A stretch of 20,000 nucleotides of DNA, from IMG/VR virus record IMGVR_UViG_3300026521_000636; one strand, written 5' to 3'. Position 1 is the stretch's first letter. Every line of letters starts with the position of its first letter. The notes below the pieces were generated by a model, which saw only the letters and a program-made list of their open reading frames with translations, did no database searches and was not told where the DNA came from. This DNA comes from an uncultured virus (IMG/VR IMGVR_UViG_3300026521_000636). Taxonomy: Duplodnaviria > Heunggongvirae > Uroviricota > Caudoviricetes. This document shows positions 15,728 to 20,000 of this stretch, one piece after another. The translations under genes were made by a program, and so were the position numbers.

Positions 15728-15790
15728 CTTGACTTTTTACTCAAATAATGTTATAATATGGCATAATTAAAGAAAAGGTGTAAAAAATGA
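15728..15790 (+). repeat. promoter+RBS+ATG repeat (spacer allele B)
   Basis: CTTGACTTTTTACTCAAATAATGTTATAATATGGCATAATTAAAGAAAAGGTGTAAAAAATGA. Confidence 0.95.
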
Positions 15791-16062
15791 ATATCGAAAG
15801 AGTAGTAAATACAATAGCAAACAATTTAGTTGACCAAGAGGTTTTAAATGAAGCATTAGAGGCTATCGAAAATGATGATATGGATAACCAATCATATTGG
15901 CAAGCAGCAGGCTCAATCGTTGAACCGGAATTAAATTCGGAAGATGAAGAAGAGTATTTTGAAATGTTGGAAAATGATCCTCAAAACTGGATAGGTTTTA
16001 TCACTAGCATCGATGAAAGATTTCTTCCAATTGCTGAAAAAGTTGTAGAGTACGGATATTAA
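15787..16062 (+). CDS. highly acidic hypothetical protein
   Basis: ATG supplied by the repeat. Confidence 0.75.
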   Translation: MNIERVVNTIANNLVDQEVLNEALEAIENDDMDNQSYWQAAGSIVEPELNSEDEEEYFEMLENDPQNWIGFITSIDERFLPIAEKVVEYGY

Positions 16063-16063
16063 A

Positions 16064-16279
16064 ATGTTTTCTACAATCTGGAAAAAAATCACAAGTCCCT
16101 TATACAAAAAAGGGACTGTAAATTTTGGTAATGGTCAAATAGATGCATTACAAAATAAACTAACTAAAAGAGTTATTATCGATCTATCAAATGATACAAT
16201 GAATCAACTCTTCAAAGAAAAAAAATCTTATGATACATTTTATAATGAAGATGGGTATGGAATGGAAGGGATAAAATAA
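16064..16279 (+). CDS. hypothetical protein
   Basis: Operonic, TAATG coupling to the next gene. Confidence 0.65.
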   Translation: MFSTIWKKITSPLYKKGTVNFGNGQIDALQNKLTKRVIIDLSNDTMNQLFKEKKSYDTFYNEDGYGMEGIK

Positions 16280-16692
16280 TGTTACCATTACTATTATTTA
16301 TTTTAGGTGCTTCGTTAGGTGATACATATACATTAGGCGCAGTTATTGCTAATGGTGCAAATGTAGTTTCGTATCTATATTTATTTTTAATCATTATTGT
16401 AGTCTTTATTGTTGGTCTATCAGGAACTTCATTAGGACTACAAATGTCAAGAGGTTCTTCTTCATTACAATCATTAATGATGGGTATGGCTGGTTCAGGT
16501 ATAGGTGTTTTAACAGGTCTTTGGATTATTCTTAGAACAGTTATTATGTATATACTTTTATACTATATATCAATGACAGACCATTTCATTACAGAGTTCA
16601 ATCAGTTACCTGCTACAACTATTATGGCGATACTATTGTTCTTTATTCTTTACTATACAAGAACTACAAAAGTATCAATTAAAAGATCTTGA
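16279..16692 (+). CDS. multi-pass membrane protein
   Basis: Several long hydrophobic segments. Stop lies inside the next -35. Confidence 0.75.
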   Translation: MLPLLLFILGASLGDTYTLGAVIANGANVVSYLYLFLIIIVVFIVGLSGTSLGLQMSRGSSSLQSLMMGMAGSGIGVLTGLWIILRTVIMYILLYYISMTDHFITEFNQLPATTIMAILLFFILYYTRTTKVSIKRS

Positions 16693-16717
16693 CTTTATCC
16701 CCTTTTTATGGTATAAT
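16689..16717 (+). promoter_or_regulatory. sigma70-type promoter
   Basis: TTGACT-N17-TATAAT with TG. Confidence 0.85.
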
Positions 16718-16750
16718 AATATATCATAAAAATAAAGGGAGATAATAAAA

Positions 16751-17056
16751 ATGAAAATTCAAAAAATAGAAGCTTACAAAACAACAGATGATAAAATCTT
16801 TGATAATATAGAAGATGCAGAAGATCATCAATATATCCTAGAACTACCAGCAAATGAAAATCAACATTTATCTAAAAGAGAACAAGAAGTATTTAACTAT
16901 CTAACTAAAACCTCTTTAGAAAATAAAGAGATAGCAGAAAAACTTGGTGTTACTCTTACTACTATCAAAGCACATAGCAAAAAAATCTATGAAAAAACAA
17001 ATACAAAAAATCGTATAGAATTACTTATAAATCTTCAAAAAGAGTTGACTTATTAA
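16751..17056 (+). CDS. LuxR/GerE-type HTH DNA-binding protein
   Basis: LSKREQEVFNYL....ENKEIAEKLGVTLTTIKAHSKKIYEKTNTKNRIELL. Confidence 0.88.
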   Translation: MKIQKIEAYKTTDDKIFDNIEDAEDHQYILELPANENQHLSKREQEVFNYLTKTSLENKEIAEKLGVTLTTIKAHSKKIYEKTNTKNRIELLINLQKELTY

Positions 17057-17073
17057 TTATACTATGGTATAAT
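17045..17073 (+). promoter_or_regulatory. sigma70-type promoter overlapping end of LuxR gene
   Basis: TTGACT-N17-TATAAT with TG. Confidence 0.85.
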
Positions 17074-17105
17074 ATAGTATATTTAAAGAGAAAAGGATTT
17101 AAAAA

Positions 17106-17777
17106 ATGTTTACATCAACACTAACTCATAACCAACTTATCAAAAGTGGATTAATCATAAATGGTAATTTTAGAGGATCTATCGCATCTAAAGAGTTAAT
17201 AACATTATCAAAAAGAGCAGAATCATATGTTAAAAGTATTATGGGAGAAGATCACTCTTTATCACCATTATATCTATTTGCCGATTCAAAACATAATGGT
17301 GAAATCCTTACTAAGATTTGGAGAGAGTTAGTAATTAATACAGAGTTTGACTCGACGGAAAATGTTGAAAAAATCTCAAGCAGTAAAGCATATAAAATAT
17401 CTGTACCGGCATACTTCATTACAGAAGTAGTTATCAAAAAGAAAGGGTATGTTACAAAAGTAAATAATTTCATAAAACGATTTTATACAGCAATAAGTGT
17501 TTATGAATCTGCTCAAAAAACATTTGAAGAAAGAGAAGGAGTGAGACTAGACTGTTATCCTCCTATACAAAGACAATCAAGTAGAGAACTATATGAATTG
17601 GTGGATGCATATATTACAAAATTGGTCTCACTTATTGAAGAAAAAACATTTGAAAACAAACTCAAAGAGTTTAACTTTGTAGATAGCATTTTAATAGACG
17701 GCAAATACCTTTCTTCAACGGCGGAAGGCAAACTATATTTTGTAGATAAAAAAGAGAAAACTATCGAAAAAGCTTGA
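17106..17777 (+). CDS. hypothetical protein
   Basis: 223-aa ORF, AAAGGA RBS. Stop lies inside the next -35. Confidence 0.8.
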   Translation: MFTSTLTHNQLIKSGLIINGNFRGSIASKELITLSKRAESYVKSIMGEDHSLSPLYLFADSKHNGEILTKIWRELVINTEFDSTENVEKISSSKAYKISVPAYFITEVVIKKKGYVTKVNNFIKRFYTAISVYESAQKTFEEREGVRLDCYPPIQRQSSRELYELVDAYITKLVSLIEEKTFENKLKEFNFVDSILIDGKYLSSTAEGKLYFVDKKEKTIEKA

Positions 17778-17802
17778 TTAATAAATCAAGCTGTGGTATA
17801 AT
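17771..17802 (+). promoter_or_regulatory. sigma70-type promoter with palindromic -35
   Basis: AGCTTGATT-AATA-AATCAAGCT, then TATAAT 17797-17802. Confidence 0.82.
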
Positions 17803-17831
17803 ATACTATAATTAATCAAAAGGGTAAAAAA

Positions 17832-18263
17832 ATGAATATCAAAAGTTTAATAGAAACACATAACATAGTTACAGAGAAGGAAATTACTTATAAATTACCT
17901 TCTTATGGTTGTGATGAAAATTTAAAAGTCGATAATAAACCACAATCATTAGAAAGTGATAGAGTTTTTGAAATTCTTTTTAGTTTTGGTGGAGGTATGG
18001 GTGGTGCAAATAACACTCATTTTGGTTCTGATTTATCAGTAGAGGACGACTGTATTGTTTATAGAAATATACTTACAAATGAAAAAATCACACTTTATAA
18101 AAGATGGATAGTTTCTATTGTTGAGAAGGATTTACACCTATTCAAATTTTCGGATAAAGTATTAGCTCTCTATACATTACCAGTTGATACTAATCCGAAT
18201 CAAATTAAATGGATACAATTCAACAGTAATAGACCTGATGAAAATTGCATCTATAAATTCTGA
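17832..18263 (+). CDS. hypothetical protein
   Basis: Own promoter and RBS, FSFGGGMGGA motif. Confidence 0.8.
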   Translation: MNIKSLIETHNIVTEKEITYKLPSYGCDENLKVDNKPQSLESDRVFEILFSFGGGMGGANNTHFGSDLSVEDDCIVYRNILTNEKITLYKRWIVSIVEKDLHLFKFSDKVLALYTLPVDTNPNQIKWIQFNSNRPDENCIYKF

Positions 18264-18272
18264 TATAGATGC

Positions 18273-18301
18273 TTGATTTATTTACTTTTTTATGTTATAA
18301 T
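18273..18301 (+). promoter_or_regulatory. sigma70-type promoter with no downstream ORF
   Basis: TTGATT-N17-TATAAT with TG. Confidence 0.75.
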
Positions 18302-18579
18302 ATAGGTAACAAAAGGGAAGAGAAAGAGGAAGAAAAATTTCCCTAAGAAAAAATAAAAATCCCTTATTTTAAAGGGGTTTTGGAGGGGTAGAATGATATT
18401 TCTTGGATATGGGTAAAAAAGTAACAAAATTTTTGAATAAATCGAATTTTTTTGTTAGTTTAATAAGACTTTAAGGGAAGGTATGTTAAGTGTTAAAATG
18501 GTTTTTTTGCTTAAGGAGTGTTTAAGGTGTCATATCTGCCCGTGAAACCATAGGAATTAAGATTTTTACTTCCAAAAAC

Positions 18580-18697
18580 TTCCAAAAAAGATTAGTTTTT
18601 ACCTCTATTTTACTCTGATTTTTAGTTCCAAAAAAGATTAGTTTTTACCTCTATTTTACTCTGATTTTTAGTTCCAAAAAAGATTAGTTTTTACCTC
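18580..18697. repeat. 46-bp tandem repeat, 2.6 identical copies
   Basis: TTCCAAAAAAGATTAGTTTTTACCTCTATTTTACTCTGATTTTTAG at 18580 and 18626, partial (26 bp) at 18672. Confidence 0.95.
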
Positions 18698-18733
18698 CTG
18701 ATTTCTTCAAAAATACATCAATTAATATCTTAA

Positions 18734-18958
18734 TTAATAACTCATCACCCAATTAGGACAATCTGTATCATGTTGAAATCCTACACATTCACATCCACCT
18801 TCTGGGATATATTCAACTCTAATTCTAACATAACCTTTATATTTTCCATTTTCATTTATTTCATTCGGATCTATTTCAAGAATACTCTCTTCAATATCTC
18901 TCTGAATATCATTAACATCATCACCATAATATTTTTTATATAATAAATCTTGACTCAT
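18734..18958 (-). CDS. hypothetical protein with C-terminal CxC..H..C motif
   Basis: TAGGA RBS, ends CECVGFQHDTDCPNW. Confidence 0.7.
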   Translation of the reverse strand: MSQDLLYKKYYGDDVNDIQRDIEESILEIDPNEINENGKYKGYVRIRVEYIPEGGCECVGFQHDTDCPNWVMSY

Positions 18959-18984
18959 TTTTTCCTACTTTCTTTATTTGATTT

Positions 18985-19389
18985 TTAATCTAAATCTTCA
19001 TAATAAGATTTTGCTAAGTCATATGGTCTTACAAAACCTCTTACATCTACTGTATCAATAATACCCACCTCTTCTATAAAAATTAATTCATAAGAATCAT
19101 CTTTAAAAGTAACTTCAATCATAGGTAGCTTTGTTCTATTGTTTCTTCTATGGAAAAAAATTACAGATTTATCACCTGTTTCAAAATTGAAGTATAAGGG
19201 TCTATTATATTGTTTTGTTTCCATCAATTCTTGAATTTCTAAAAATAAATCTGTATATAATTCATAGAAAGGATTATTCTCTGAAATATGTATTTTTGAA
19301 TGTTTTGGGAATAAATGTACAGATCCTTTTATTCCTGTATTATTCTTATACACACCATCATATATAAAAATAGTTGGTTGGTTTTTCAT
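18985..19389 (-). CDS. hypothetical protein
   Basis: 134-aa ORF, AGAGAGA upstream. Confidence 0.7.
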   Translation of the reverse strand: MKNQPTIFIYDGVYKNNTGIKGSVHLFPKHSKIHISENNPFYELYTDLFLEIQELMETKQYNRPLYFNFETGDKSVIFFHRRNNRTKLPMIEVTFKDDSYELIFIEEVGIIDTVDVRGFVRPYDLAKSYYEDLD

Positions 19390-19402
19390 TTTATTTCTCT
19401 CT

Positions 19403-19573
19403 TTAAAAATTATATTGAAAAAATTCGATTAAACCCACTATAAAAAATGTAAGTGTGCTACATAAACCCATTACCAATATTGTTATTAATGAACTAATAA
19501 TCATAGATTCAATTAATGCATCTACAATATTTACTTTTTTCCTACCATAAAATTTCTTTGTCAATACAATCAT
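19403..19573 (-). CDS. 56-aa predicted membrane protein, not in ORF track
   Basis: MIVLTKKFYGRKKVNIVDALIESMIISSLITILVMGLCSTLTFFIVGLIEFFQYNF. Preceded by GAGAG and TGATATAAT (19610-19602). Confidence 0.6.
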   Translation of the reverse strand: MIVLTKKFYGRKKVNIVDALIESMIISSLITILVMGLCSTLTFFIVGLIEFFQYNF

Positions 19574-19634
19574 ATTAAACTCTCATTTATTAATTATATT
19601 AATTATATCATAATAGTCTTTAACTAAGTTTAAA

Positions 19635-20000
19635 TTATGATTTTATATGATTTATTTTTCTAATTATGCTTCTTATATCACAATGATAAAACCCACTACA
19701 ATTCCAACAATTATATTCTACTATTTTAATTTCATCTGTATTTTCAAAAGTACATAAATCCATAACATAAATTTCCGCAGGATTATATTGAAGTCCAAAA
19801 TATTCTGCTGCATTTTTAATATTATCAGGAACGAAAGAATCTGGATTTACTTTTCCATTTAGCATGTATCTTGAACATCCTAAGATTTCATTCTTATACA
19901 TAAAAAATCTATATTCTTCTTTTATCTTTTTAATAGGAGAAACAATAACACTTTCCTCTCCGATACTTTCAATATTTCTATGAGGAGTTCTCATAAGATA
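19635..20000 (-). CDS. ATP-grasp domain protein (DUF4343/R2K-like), 5'-truncated by window edge
   Basis: VSPIKKIKEEYRFF..ILGCSRY..YVMDLC..KIVEYNCWNCSGFY. The frame stays open to 20000. Confidence 0.7.
   Translation of the reverse strand, partial: YLMRTPHRNIESIGEESVIVSPIKKIKEEYRFFMYKNEILGCSRYMLNGKVNPDSFVPDNIKNAAEYFGLQYNPAEIYVMDLCTFENTDEIKIVEYNCWNCSGFYHCDIRSIIRKINHIKS

Noticed and set aside
12765..15790. Integron with attC sites
   Set aside because: The repeats are promoter/RBS sequences without RYYYAAC..GTTRRRY palindromic structure, and there is no integrase in the window.
18580..18697. CRISPR array
   Set aside because: The sequence between the 26-bp recurring parts is identical, so this is a tandem repeat without unique spacers. 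No cas genes are present.

Overview
Very AT-rich, densely packed window that reads as an early/accessory region of a large (T4-like or jumbo-type) bacteriophage or phage-plasmid. A Campylobacterota-like host is only a guess from base composition and AAAGGA RBSs. Recognisable genes: two divergent Rep_3-type replication initiator paralogs, a NUDIX sugar-nucleotide/ADP-ribose hydrolase, a 673-aa protein with a GNAT-like domain divergent from a Sir2 deacylase, an rIIB-like protein, a sigma70-like factor, a HAM1/ITPase-like pyrophosphatase, a LuxR-type HTH protein, a partial ATP-grasp (DUF4343-like) gene, and about 25 small, often acidic hypothetical genes. Non-coding structure is the most striking part. 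(i) There are 16 near-consensus CTTGA(C/T)T-N17-TATAAT promoters. Seven form a near-identical ~60-bp promoter+RBS repeat that divides the region into gene modules, and the -35 TTGA often supplies the upstream stop codon. (ii) Four Fur-box-like palindromes with a C-run sit in the same orientation upstream of gene clusters. (iii) A ~200-nt four-hairpin candidate structured RNA lies at 11470-11666. (iv) A promoter with no ORF behind it, followed by a 46-bp tandem repeat, lies at the convergence point 18270-18700. No capsid, tRNA, rRNA, CRISPR, integrase or transposase is visible. All protein family calls come from motif recognition by eye, not database searches.
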